Source: the human T2T-CHM13v2.0 reference genome, Homo sapiens. Taken from it: DNA of 64,000 nt. Position 1 is the first letter of the stretch, and every line of letters starts with the position of its first letter. This document shows, in pieces, positions 14,151-28,885 of this stretch. The notes beneath the pieces are model-generated. The model did not search any database and was not told the origin of the DNA. It saw only the letters and a program-made list of their open reading frames with translations. Location of the stretch: NCBI RefSeq assembly GCF_009914755.1, contig NC_060945.1. One strand, given 5' to 3'. A program made the translations under genes and the position numbers.

Positions 14151-14724
14151 GCTGGTCTGTGCTGTGCATGGTCAATGTAGTCTTCTCTGGGCATTCTTCA
14201 CAGATATCTGCTGGCATGGCTCATCTTCTCTTTGATTTTGCATGTATTGTCACCCACTGATGAAGTTTCTGGTCACCTGCCATTTTCCTCTAGCCACCAA
14301 GACCTCACATTCTGAGGCCAGCATGTCCCACCAGGGGCCCCCACTGGCCCTGTCAAACCAGTTGTGAGTCCCCCTCCCACCAAGCTTGGAGAGACTGGCT
14401 TTTCAGACAGCACTCACAAGCTGAGAGTAAGGGAATTGATCTCTTAGGCACTTCCCCCTGTCCTGCCACTCTGTCATTCCTGGAACACCCTATGTGCACT
14501 AGAGAAGTAAGACATCAGCCTGCATATTTTCTCATCTTTCTTTAACTGTCTATTTTTTCCTATCTATCTGTATGAGTGAGTCCCAGGAAGATGTTGGGGC
14601 TGAATACCTGATCAGAGACACAGGCAGAGCCATAGTCACATCTCCTGGGAACTTTCTTCTTCCTGTGTAATTAAAAGCTCTTCTCTTCCTCTTGTTCATA
14701 GAAATTCCCCTTACACTAAACCTT

Positions 14725-15261
14725 TGAAACCATCCCCTCAGCTTGATAAAATTTTAGACAGGATTATTTCTGATTCTTGGCTCCTGGCCTCTTTTATTAG
14801 CATATTTTAGAAATGTTATCATTGTAAATTCTCTCTCTGCCTCTTTGATATATAAATCTTTTTAAGAGCCCATCTGCCAGTTTTACACTTCAGAAATGTC
14901 CATTTCAAGGACCTCAGAGCCATTCCTTTGAAATGTAATCCTCAAGAAAGATAACACCATTATCTCCCAGACTCCATAAGAGAGTAAGAGCCAAATTATG
15001 GTGGGCATATTGCTCTGATTTGTAAAATTACCTTCTGTCATAAAGATAAGATAGTTTAATGTTCCTTTGGAAAAAGACAACTGTCAAAAACAAGTGGCCT
15101 ATGATCACCCCCTCATCCCAGCTCTTAAAATCTCTACTGCTGTTTGTTTCAGTGGAGCTGAGTTCAGACTAAGTTCTGGCCTCTTTGTCCTTTTGCAATA
15201 GCCTTCAATAACAGCTTTTTTATGTGTTTAACTTTGTCTGGTGCAATTGTTTTCTTTGACA
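14725..15261 (+). mobile_element. ERV1-class solo LTR (MER67-like)
   Basis: gagccattcctttgaaatgtaatcctcaagaaagata...gctgagttcagac...gcaatagccttcaataa...ttctttgaca. Confidence 0.65.
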
Positions 15262-18200
15262 CTTTCCACCCTAACTAGAACTTCCATTAAAGTCATAGTA
15301 GGATTCAAGGCAGCCAAACTCGACTCACATACGTAAAAAAACTTCTTAGGATGTAGAAACCCATATTCTCTTCAATAAATTGTTTCTTCAGACCATTGCC
15401 TTATTAAAAGTTTCTAGTTCTTATTTTGGCATTGAAAAGCAGAACACCAATTTTTAAATAAGTCTCTGCTCACTTTTAATTTCTGCTATAACAATTTTAT
15501 TGCTTTCCATGGCTGAACAACGAGAAGACCAGAACACAATTTTAAATTAAATTTTATTTAATTTTTACTATTACAATTTTATTTCTTTCTCTGACTGAAA
15601 GAAGAAAACTCGAATAAAGTAGTCTAGTGTATAAAGTGAAGACTAGAACAAAGAATAATGTCTTATTAATACATTTCAGAAAGTTACCTCCATTTAACAT
15701 CAATGGTGTCATTTAATATTCTTAACTTTCCTATCAAGTAGATGCTATTATTATCTCTATTTTATAGGATATTAAGTCTTATATATTATACATAACCAGC
15801 TGAAGGTCATGTAGCATGTAGATATGATAGGAATACAAAGAAACAATGACATTAGAAGCAGAGGAGGGAGAAGGATTACAAGGCTAAACCTAGGTCAGTT
15901 AAGAGAAAAAGAAAAACTAGGAGAAGACAAATTCTTGTTAGAAAAAAAAAAATGATTGAGGCAGAGCAAGACAGTGGTGCAGACCTCTCCAGCTATCGTA
16001 CCCCTATAGAAACATCAATATGAACAACTGTCCACATGTGAAATTACCATTACAAGAGCCAACAGAACCTCAATACATGAACAAGGTTATGAAGCACCTT
16101 TAGCCTGTGAAGATGGGTGAAACCATGGCTTATGCAGTGAGAGAACCAATACTCTGTGACTGTGATACTCTTCCCTCAGGCCGTTATGGTACCATCTGCA
16201 GAAACTCCCACAGGGCTTATAGTTTTTACACTGAAGAAAGTGAGCAGGAGTTTGATATTTGTTTTTTCCACTATATTGAGTTCTTTCACAGTAGCCTCAC
16301 TCCTGTATCAGCCCACAAGTGGCACCATGAGTGCCAAAAGGGATGAACCACCTGAGGCATGTTAATGACATAAGAGGAGGTGGGGCCAGCGACAGCCACC
16401 ATGTGAAACATAATACACAGACTCTACAGGCTTGACGGCCTGACTTGTTCTCCCCCATAGCCAGGGGCTCCCTGTGGATCACCCATGGGCCCAGCCAGCA
16501 AATGTTGCATCAGTGGAGCCATTGGAAGACTTACGTCTAACATGGGATTTGGGCTCTCTCTAACGTTAAACTGGAATACGATGATAAGTCCACTCAAAAT
16601 TTCTTAATAGGCCCACTTAAAAGTAGTCACAAGCAAACCCAGACTGAGAAGACTCAAATAAACATCTAATTCATCAATGTGTAGACAGAGATGTATATCT
16701 ACATATAATAATGATAGCTTAGGAAAAGTTCCCTCTCCAAATGGACAAAACAAGGTGTCAGCAACTGAACTTAAAGACATACAGATGAATGATCTGGCAG
16801 GCAAATAATTCAAAATGGCTGTCTTAAGAAGAGCCTGAACACTGAGAAGCAGAGACACAATTCAGAAATTTACCAGAGAAATTCAACAAAGAAATCAAAA
16901 TAATGGGAAAAATCACATGTAAACCCTGGAGCAGGAAAGTTCAATGAACACATTGAAAATCCAACGGAAGCCATCAACAGAAGGAAGAACTGATCAAGCA
17001 GAAGAAAGAAACATTGAGCTCAAACAACAGGCTCTTTGAAAATACATGGTCAGAGTAAAATGAAAAAAAAGAATGAAAAGAAACAAAGAAAGTTTATGAG
17101 ATTTGTGGGACACCAACAAAAGAGGAAATCTACATATCATTGGTGTTAAAGTGGAACTAAGAATGAAAAAGAGATAGTTTATTCAAAGAAATAACAGAAA
17201 ACTTTTTAAACCTGGAGAAAGATTAAAATGTTTAGGATGGTCAAAGTGCCCAATCATATTTAATCTGAATAAGACAACCAAAGACATATTATAATTAAAC
17301 TCTCAAAGGTCAAAGACAAAGAGAAGACCCTGAAAGGACTAAGAAAAAGGAAACAACACATAAGAGAATTCCATTATGCCTGGCAGCAGACTTCTCAGCA
17401 GAAGCACTACAGGCCAGGAGAGAGTAGGATAATAGATTCAAGTGCTGAATTAAAAAAACTGTCAACCATGAATAAAGTATCCAGCATAGCTATCATTTAG
17501 AAATAAAGGAGAGATTGAAACATTCTCAGACAAACAAAAAGCAAAGGAATTCATTGTAATCAAACAAGCCTTACAAGAAATGCTAAATATTGTTCTTCAA
17601 ACTGAAAGGAAATGGCAGCAATATGTAGCACAAAAAATCTGAAGGTATAAACCCACAGATAGAAGTGAGGATTCAGACAAATTTGGAATGCTCTAATACG
17701 GTAATAATTGGATGTAAACCACTTATATATCCTTAGTAGGAAGGTTAAAATACAATACAAATAAAATAATAATTACAATAATTTGTTAAGGAATAGAATT
17801 ATACAAAGATGTAAATTAAGACATCAAAAATGCAAAATGTGAGGGAGTGATGAAGTTAAAGAGTAGAGTGGTTTCTTTTCCCCTTTTTTTGAATCAAAAT
17901 TAAGTTGCTATCTCTTTAAAATAACTTACTGTAACCATAAAATGTTCTTTGCATGCCTTGTGGTAACCACAAAGCAAAAACTTTTAATAGATACTTTAAA
18001 AATTAAAAAAAAAAGAAACCGAAACACACTGATAGAGTAAATCACTTAATCACAAAGGAAGATAGTGAAATCAATCAATCAATCAAAGTATAAATTTTTA
18101 AAAAACATGAAAACAAGTAATAATATGGCAGGACCAAGTCCTTGCCTATGAATAATTATCTTGTATGTAAATGGATTATCCCATTTAAGACATATAATGG

Positions 18201-19480
18201 CTACACTGATTAAAAACAAGACCTAACTATAAACTTTCTACAGGAAATTCACTTCATCTGTAAATACACACATAAATTGAAAGTGATCAGATGGAAAAAT
18301 ATATTTCATAAATATGGAAACCAAAAGAAAGCCGGTATAGATATATTTATATCAGATAACATATACTTCAAGCAAAATCCTATAAAAACAGACAAATATG
18401 GCCATTATATAATGATAAAGGGGTCAATATCACAAGATAATATAATTGTAAATATATATGCCCTCTATATTGAAGCCCCTAAATATATAAACCAAACATT
18501 AATAGATCTAACAGGAGAAACAGCAAGCAATAAAATAATAGTAAGAAATCTAAACATTCCACTTTCAGCAATAAACAGATTATCAAGACAGAAGATCAAC
18601 AAAGAAACATCATATTTAAAATGAACTCTAGACCAAATAACTTAGTAGTCATTTACAGAACATGTTATCCAACAATTGCATAATTCAGTCTTCTCTACTG
18701 CGCATGGAACATTTTCCATGATGGATCATATATTAGGCACAAAATGAGCCTTAGCAAATTCAAAAAAGATCAAAATTATATCACGTCTTTTCTGACAATA
18801 TAGAATAAAACTAGAAATAAACAACAAGAACTTCAGAAATTGTGCAAATACATACAAATTAAACAATGTGTCCTTAAACAATGGGTTAAAAAATAAATTT
18901 TGTTTCATTTTAAAATTTCTTAAGACAAATGAAAATGAAATCAGAACATATAAAAACTTAAGAAATACAGCAAAAAAAGTCCTCAGAGGGAAGTTTGCAG
19001 AAATACATTTCTATATGAAAAAAAGAAAACTCTCATTAATAACTTAAGAATGTATTTCAAGGAATCATAGAAACATGAACAAACTAAGCCCCAAATTGGT
19101 AAAAAAGAATACAAATAATAAAGAATAGAGCACAAATAAACAAAATGGAGACAAAAATATGAAAGATCAATGAAATGAAAAGTTATTTTTTGAAAAGATA
19201 AACACAATCGATATGTATTTAGTCAGATTAAGAAAAAGAGAAGATTCACATAAATAAAATCAGATGAAAAAAGACATTGAAATGGTTACTACAGAAATAC
19301 AAAGAATCATGAGAAAGTACTACAATTATATGCCAATAAATTAGAAAACATAGAAGAAATAAATAAGTTTCTGAACACATATAACCTATCAAAATTGAAG
19401 AATGAAGAAACACAAAATGCAAACAGACCAATAACAAATAATGAGATTGAAGCATTGTCTCTCAATACAAGAAAATCTGG

Positions 19481-19780
19481 AGGGCCTGTCACAGTATCTC
19501 ACACATGTAAACTCACACTTTGGAGGCCATGGCAAGAGGATTACTTGAAGCCAGAAGTTCCAGATTAGCCTGGGGAACATAGTGAGACCCAGTCTTTACA
19601 AAAATAAAAATAAAAATTAGCCAGGTGTAGTGGTGTGCACTTGCAGTCCTAACAACGGGAGGCTGAGGCAGGAGGATCACTGAAGTCCAGGAATTTGAGG
19701 CTGCAGTGAGCTATGATTGCACCACTGCACTCCAGCCTGAGTGACAGAGGAAGACCCTGTCTCTAAACCAAAAATATTTA
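19481..19780 (+). mobile_element. Alu (AluJ-like) inserted in L1 ORF2
   Basis: Two arms; L1 sequence resumes at ~19920. Confidence 0.92.
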
Positions 19781-19782
19781 AT

Positions 19783-19839
19783 AAGAAGAAGAAGAAGAAA
19801 GAAAGAACAAAAGAAAGAAAGAGAAAGAAAGAAAGAAAG

Positions 19840-19874
<35 letters not shown>

Positions 19875-19918
19875 GAGAAAGAAAGAAAGAAAAAGAAAGA
19901 AAGAAAAGAAAAGAAAAG
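19783..19918. repeat. (GAAA)n/(GAA)n tract grown from the Alu tail
   Basis: Direct reading. Confidence 0.95.
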
Positions 19919-21084
19919 TAAAGTTCAGGATCCGATGCTTACACTGCTGAATTCTTCAAAACATTTAAAGAGGAACTTATAGTAATTATTTACAAATTAT
20001 TACAAAAAAAGTGAAAAGGAGGAAACTCTTCCAAACTCATTCTATGAAGACACAATTACCATATTCCAAAATGAGACAAGAACAGTAAAAAACTAAACTA
20101 CAGGCCAATATCACTGATGAACATGAATGCAACAATTCAAAACCAGCAATGCTAGCAATCATAATTTGGAAGTGCATTAAAAAGATGATTCACCATAATC
20201 AGGTTGTATTTGTTCCAGGGAGGCAAGGAGGGCTTATGATATGTCAATCAATAAATGTGATACACCACATTTGATAAGGGAAGATAAAAAAATAGTCATT
20301 TAAATAGATACAGAAAAAGTATTTGACAAAATTCAATGTTTTTTGTAAACATAAGATCTCTTAACAAATTAGTTATAAAAAGAACATAGCTCCATAAAAT
20401 AAAGGCCATATATGATAACCCACAGCCAACATGATACTGAATAAGGAAAAATTGAAAACTGTGTCTCTAAGGTCTAGAACAAGACAAGGATGTTCACTTT
20501 AATAACTTCTCTTCAACATAGCACTGGAAGTCCTAGCCAGAGCAATTAGGCCAGCAAAAGAAAAGACATCCAAATTGAAAAACAAAAATAAAGTCAAATT
20601 GTCCCTGTTTGCAGATGACATGATCTTATGTATAAAAAACCCTAAATACTCTACTGAAAAAACAGAAATAGTAAATGAATACAGTAAAGTTTTAGAATAC
20701 AAAATCAGCATAGAAAAATCAGTCGCATTTCTATACCCAACAGCATACCATCTGAAAAAGGAATCAAGAAACCAATCCCATTTAAAATAGCTATAAAAAA
20801 ATGCCTGGGAATAAACTAAGCCAAATAAATATGTCTAAAATGAAAACTATAAAACATTGATAAAAATCAATTGAAAAAGATACAAATAAAGGGAAAGTTA
20901 TCCCATTTTTATGAATTAGAAGTATTAATACTGTTAAAATGACCATCATACTCAAATCAGTCTATAGGTCCAATACAATCTCTAACAAATTTCCAATGTA
21001 ATTCTTCAGAGATGTTAAAAAAGGTTTTAAAAATCGTTCTGCGGATGTTAAAAGGATTTTTAAAACGCTTTTTTCGTTCTGCAG

Positions 21085-21855
21085 GCGAAGGCTGTGGCCG
21101 TGCTCCCGCCGGCCAGTTCCCAGCAGCAGCGCATTGCCCCTGCTCCACGCCTTCGCTCCAGGCCCGCAGGGGCGCAGCCCCGCGGGAATCAGCACTGAGC
21201 CGGTCCCGCCGCCGCCCCAGTGTCCGGGCTGCGACTGCGGGGAGCCGATCGCCCAGCGATTGGAGGTGGGCGACGAGGCCTTCCGCCAGAGCGAGTACCA
21301 GAAAGCAGCCGGGCTCTTCCGCTCCACGCTGGCCCGGCTGGCGCAGCCCGACCGCGGTCAGTGCCTGAGGCTGGGGAACGCGCTGGCCCGCGCCGACCGC
21401 CTCCCGGTGGCCCTGGGCGCGTTCTGTGTCGCCCTGCGGCTCGAGGCGCTGCGGCCGGAGGAGCTGGGAGAGCTGGCAGAGCTGGCGGGCGGCCTGGTGT
21501 GCCCCGGCCTGCGCGAACGGCCACTGTTCACGGGGAAGCCGGGCGGCGAGCTTGAGGCGCCAGGCTAGGGAGGGCCGGCCCTGGAGCCCGGCGCGCCCCG
21601 CGACCTGCTCGGCTGCCCGCGGCTGCTGCACAAGCCGGTGACACTGCCCTGCGGGCTCACGGTCTGCAAGCGCTGCGTGGAGCCGGGGCCGAGCGGCCAC
21701 AGGCGCTGCGCGTGAACGTGGTGCTGAGCCGCAAGCTGGAGAGGTGCTTCCCGGCCAAGTGCCCGCTGCTCAGGCTGGAGGGTCAGGCGCGGAGCCTGCA
21801 GCGCCAGCAGCAGCCCGAGGCCGCGCTGCTCAGGTGCGACCAGGCCCTGTAGCTG
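21085..21855 (+). pseudogene. LONRF2P: Unprocessed partial pseudogene: LONRF2 exon 1 copy (TPR-like and first RING region)
   Basis: Translates to (I)STEPVPPPPQCPGCDCGEPIAQRLEVGDEAF...DLLGCPRLLHKPVTLPCGLTVCKRCVEPGP..RVNVVL..CFPA..QRQQQPEAALLRCDQAL, the LONRF2 N-terminus as I recall it. Start ATG>ATC at 21188, TAG at 21566 and 21850, 1 bp frameshift near 21690; followed by intron-like sequence, no exon 2 and no poly(A). Paralog number unknown. Confidence 0.9.
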
Positions 21856-21920
21856 TGACTTGGCTGTGGGGCTGGCCCGCCTCCCTGACCCCTGTCAGGC
21901 GGAGCAGCTGGAGCTGACCC
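21085..21920. promoter_or_regulatory. CpG island over the LONRF2 exon 1 copy
   Basis: Very high GC and CpG density against AT-rich L1 on the left. Confidence 0.8.
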
Positions 21921-23325
21921 ACGGGCCTGGGCTTTCGAGCGCTTTGTCCAGGCGCTAATGATGGGAAGGTGAAAGGTGGGGGTGGCCACACCCTGCAGTC
22001 AGGGTGGCAGGTGTCAGAGGCCACATGCAACCCACTGGTTTTGTCTTTTCCAGGATGCTGATAAGTTTCCCGCGGCCCCCGGAGCAGCTCTGTAAGGCCC
22101 TGTAATTGCCTTTCGTTCCCTTCTGCTCTATTGAGGAGTGGGAAGATGACAAAGTGTTTTTGCTCAACCCGAAGGAAAATGCACATGGGAGGACACACCG
22201 GGTTACTATTTGAGTAGCCCAGACAGGAGAGCAGCGGTCTGCTTCAGCCATGAGACCACCTCAGGCGAAAATAGACTTGTGGTTGTTTTACTTCTTTTCA
22301 CCAAATGGGTCTTTTTGGGGTTTGTGGTGTGTCCCATGTAACGATGATCTCTTGGTTCCCCTTTCTCATTCACACCCGGGAGCTGAGGTGGGGGGTGGGG
22401 GGCAGGGAGTGGCCACCTGCGCCAGGTGTGAGAGAAGCCACACCTGAGACCAGCCCCTCTGTCCTCCTGCCTCTGCATCGAGCGTCCCTGCAGGAGGCAG
22501 AAGGGGTGAAAAGTAGCCTCGATATTAAAGTGCTTGTGTGTCCCTGAGGGGGTAAGCAAGTCACAGTCGGGACACTGGTTCCTGTCATCAGGTGTAGCAC
22601 AAAGAAGGACCCCAGGACATGGGGTGCAGAAGGGAGCACAGAGAGGGTGGGTGCTACTGGGGTGCACAGGCAGCTTGAGGAGGATGCAGATGGCAAACTT
22701 CCCTTTGTCACGCCAGGTGCATGTTTAGGGCCGGAGGACCACCAGATCCCCAAAGCCTCCGGTGCTTCTGAGGCAGAGGAGAGGCAAGGCCAGTGGCTAC
22801 CGGTGTCCAGGGACCTGGCAGCCACCACTGAGGCCTATCTGCTTGTCCCTCAGCCCACTGGCGGCCACACTCCAGGTCTCTGGGCTCTGCCTAGGACGTG
22901 TGTTTGGGCTTCTCTCCCGAGCAGAAATCATCTGCGTACCCTCTGCATCCCATGGATTTGCTTTGTTTCTGAGGGAATAATTAAGGAATGTTAGTATGAC
23001 ATCCGAAAATAGCTAATTATGGTGAAGAGCTAACAGGGCGATCTGGGAAGTTGTGGAGCTCTAGTTAGTGATGACAGAAGAGGAACATATTTGACTGTTT
23101 TGTGCTACACCCAGGTTCTCAGGAGGTGGCAAGGGAGGAGACTTGGCACTGTGCCATGCTCAGAGCCCCTGGTCCCAGGGACTCTGTTTCCCTGTGGGAG
23201 TTTGGATGAGAGACAGTTGGCTGGGAAGCTCAGGGTGGAGTGAGGAAGAACAAGTTGAGGTTCTTGGGTTGGAAAGATCTAGTACCCCAGGAGGGGCTGG
23301 ATGTGGCCTGCGCCCACCCCAAACT

Positions 23326-23632
23326 CACACACTCTGTCATGCTCACACAGACACACACACTCACACACACTCATAGGCCCAAGCTCACACACCACACTTA
23401 CATGGCTTATTCACACACTTACACACATTAACACACATACGCACTCATATTTACACATCCACACGCAGTTATATTCCACATACACACTCATACTCCCAAG
23501 TTCAAACACCATTATTTCTTCACAAACATTCACACAATAACTCACATACACACTCTCACACATGTACACACTCACCCACACACTCTCCATTACACACATT
23601 TACCTGTCTGTTCTCACACACATGCACAAACA
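23326..23632. repeat. Degenerate (CA)n-rich low-complexity tract
   Basis: Direct reading. Confidence 0.9.
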
Positions 23633-24639
23633 CAAAGCCAAATTAGAGCCATTTTCCTGGTCCCACACAAAGAAAACTGATACCTCAGTTTCTTGGTCTT
23701 GACCAGAACTGGGTGCATGATTCCATCCAACCACAAGGTGGGGTGGGAATGAAATCCTATCACGTCCTCAGGCCGTGGAGAAAAAAAAAAAAACTATGTC
23801 AGGCCTCTCTAATGCCTCCCACAAATGAGCAGGAGGGATTGAAACAGAAAAGGGGTTCCTCCTGACATGTGGCATTGATGGAGCCCGGTTCTGCCTCATG
23901 CCAAGCCCTGCCTTGCCCCTCGATGATGGAAAATGGTTGTGTGTCTTGTTTCCTGGCCCCCATCTCTGTCTCGGTACAGAGTAGAGATTTGAGTCTCAGT
24001 TTCAAAGACAGGAGTCCCACTAAGCTGACCCACCCACTGACAGATGAAATCTTGCCATCTGCTGACCAAGTTCCCCAAGGCCCCTTGAGACTCAATTTCT
24101 GAAGAGGGTCTGCTCAGAATTCCCCGTCCCCATGATCTGCCCGGCTGTCGGGACACTGGTGAGCCTGCTCAGTGGGGAGTCCCTTTTCAGCTCAGTCAGC
24201 AAGCGGCTCTTCTCTATAAAGAGGCAGGGGATGAACCTCCTCTCTAGTTTTAGCAGCAGAGGCCATGAGACCCATGGCAGAGGCCAGAGCTGTGCAGGCT
24301 GTAGGAGGTACCATGTCAGGGATTTCAAACGGAGGAAGGTACTTTCCAGAGAGTACTGCAGGGAACCAAGCCATATCCACCGTAGCTGCAATAAAGCCTC
24401 TGAGGCTCAGCTTAAACTCAATCTTAGAAATGAAGTCCCAGCACAAGCTTTGCAGGATAAGCAAAATCTAGAGAAGAGAAAATGCAGACCCAGTCAATGA
24501 TAAATATAAGTCATCTGGACCAGCACAGAGCAGATACAGTGCCTTCTCCACATGCAGTGAATGAGGTTCTCACGTCTGTTAGTGTGTGGAATTGAACATC
24601 AGTATCAGAATCATTCTGTGTTACCTACAGCTGGTTTTA

Positions 24640-24850
24640 TGTTGTTATGCCTGTCACCTGATGAATGTGTATCTTTAGCCAACCCTTTCACCCCAAAGCT
24701 CCTGCCCCAACCCCTCCTCCTGGAAGTGCCCATCGCTGGTCTCGGCAGGAGGCTGTTCTTCCCAGCCTGTGGGGTGGCCACCTTGCAGGCTGTAACCCTC
24801 TACAAGAAATAAAGTCTTCTCTCCTTTTCCAAATTTCGATATTCACTTAA
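24640..24850 (+). mobile_element. ERV1 LTR 3' fragment (MER34/MER39-like)
   Basis: gccaccttgcaggctgtaaccctctacaagaaataaagtcttctctccttttccaaattt. Confidence 0.55.
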
Positions 24851-26849
24851 TCCTTAGCTTCTATTTTTCAAGATTTTAAACTGCTTTTAGGTCATGGCCT
24901 CTTCTCTGTAGGGTCTGGAGGCTGAGAGATGTTCAGCAGGAAAGAGCTGCTAACTAATTCCAGTAGCACTGCTCTTCTGCCTAACGGAGGTGTTTAAATG
25001 TTGATTTTGGCAAAATCTATGAGCAGGTTGCTCCCCATCTCCCGAGATCTCTCACAATACTTTGTAAAACCCAATTTAGCGCATCGTCTGTGAGAGCAGC
25101 TTTTACTGGTTCTGCAGCGATCTTCCTTACTCATAATCTATTGAAATATTGTAAAGCGATGCAGATTTGTGGCATGTGAGGAGAGCATGTAGACACACAC
25201 TCCGCTGTGATTCAAAGTGCCCTAACACCTTCCTCTTCCCTACAGGCTGTGATAGGAGGGTGCTCTGGGTCACTGAAGAAGGGGAGTCATAAAGGAGCAG
25301 AGGCCCCACGTCGTGAGTGCCATCTCTCCTTGAGTGTGGCCTCTTGTTCTAGCCCACAGGCCCACCATGGTCTGACTAAATGCTGGCACTGCTCATACAT
25401 CCACTTTTAAAAATTGAGTTGAACATGAGAACATGATCATTCATATTTTATCCATTTGCATGTATTCAATAACATCCTTTCCCTGTTCTCATCTCTGCTT
25501 TACTGCCTTTTTCTTTAAAGAATGAATGTTTCCATGTTTTATATCCACAGAATTTCTGGCTTTTCCCTTTGGAGTCCAAGGAGCAAGGGCAGAATGAGGA
25601 ACAGGATGTTTCTTACAGACTCATGAGGCCGCAGCACAGAAACTGCAAGAAATGTCAGTCATAAAGTGTCCCAGTGCATTTTAAATTGATGATTATTAAA
25701 ATCCTTCTTTATCTATAGGGGATCTAAAAAATTAAACAACTCATAATTTAAACACGGTTGCCAGTAGCCTGAGTCAAAAATCAGGAGAGGCTCTGTGGTC
25801 TGAAGTCTCCTATTGCTCACCTTGATGAGGGTCTAGTTGCCTAATGGGTTGGTGTAATGATGTCATTCAACACAAGCAAAACACAACTCCCTTGGAGTTG
25901 TTCAAAAAATCAGGAAATAGAAAAAAAATAAGGGAGAATAAAATATTGACAGGAGAGAAAAATGAAGAGTTACTTGGAGATTTGAAGGAGGTGAAATGGG
26001 CAAAAAGTAAATTTAGCAACTAGAATTTAAAGTCAGTGGATAATTAAGTCGAATAATTTATTCTTATGTCCATGTACTTTGGTTTTAAAGTTTTGATTAA
26101 TACTCATTCAACACTAATTTCTAACAAATTAGAATATTTCCACATTGTCTATTTTTACCAGTGAGCTTGTAATAAAGATCCGCTAGTAATTTTAGTACAT
26201 CATAACCTTTCAAAAGAAGCCCATAGAATAAACTAATTTTTAAAGAGTCACATTTTATTCAATGTCTATTTATACATGTTACTAGCAATAAACTCTTTTA
26301 TCTTTAATTTTGAGAAGCTTTACAAATACAGAAAAGTAGAATGACTAATACTCCCGGTAGCCAGGACTCAGATTGGAAAAATAGGTCTAATCGGTTGTTA
26401 CACTGTGTTTATGTCATACATTTCACTTATTTTTATCAAATAAAAATTAGAATTTATAAAATGTTGATTAAAAGGAAAACAGTAAAGTTTAGTCCCATGT
26501 TTCTTCCTCCAAATCTCTTTGTTCTACATTAACAGGTCAGGAGAAGTATGGATGGGGAGGCTGGAAAAGGGGCATCCTTCCCCATGCGGTCCCCAGAGCC
26601 ACCTTCTCCAAGCAGGACTTGGGGAACATCCTCCTCCATCCAGGACCTAAGGGGTGTCCTTTTCTGTGCTTCCTTGGATGGCAGCCTTTCCTGTGCAGTC
26701 ATTCAGAAAGTCAGGCTGACACATGTTGTCGTCTTGAACTCTGGGTGAATCCCTTCATGTTTATAGTGATTTACCATTAAATCACTGTGCCGTTTTTTCC
26801 TAAAATATATGGGGCGTGTTTTTTGTTCTGAGTTATCTTAGTCCTTTGG

Positions 26850-28885
<2,036 letters not shown>

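Larger units (their letters stand above)
15955..21030 (+). mobile_element. Old L1 (L1M/L1PB age): 5' region, decayed ORF1 and ORF2, cut off in late ORF2
   Basis: ORF track peptides match L1 endonuclease (HYIMIKGSISQDNIIVNIYA) and RT ([18 protein letters not shown]); many stops; ends at the FNAIPIKLP-equivalent region with no 3' UTR or tail. Confidence 0.92.

Noticed and set aside
10767-14194. Dense cluster of overlapping 60-150 aa ORFs
   Set aside because: All fall in the GC-rich tandem array, in all six frames, with low-complexity A/G/P/R composition.
19741-19950. K/E/R-rich 69 aa ORF
   Set aside because: Translation of the (GAAA)n tract.
20957-21700. Longest ORF in the window (247 aa, minus strand)
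   Set aside because: Antisense shadow of the GC-rich LONRF2 exon copy running into L1; stop-poor by composition, no recognisable domain.
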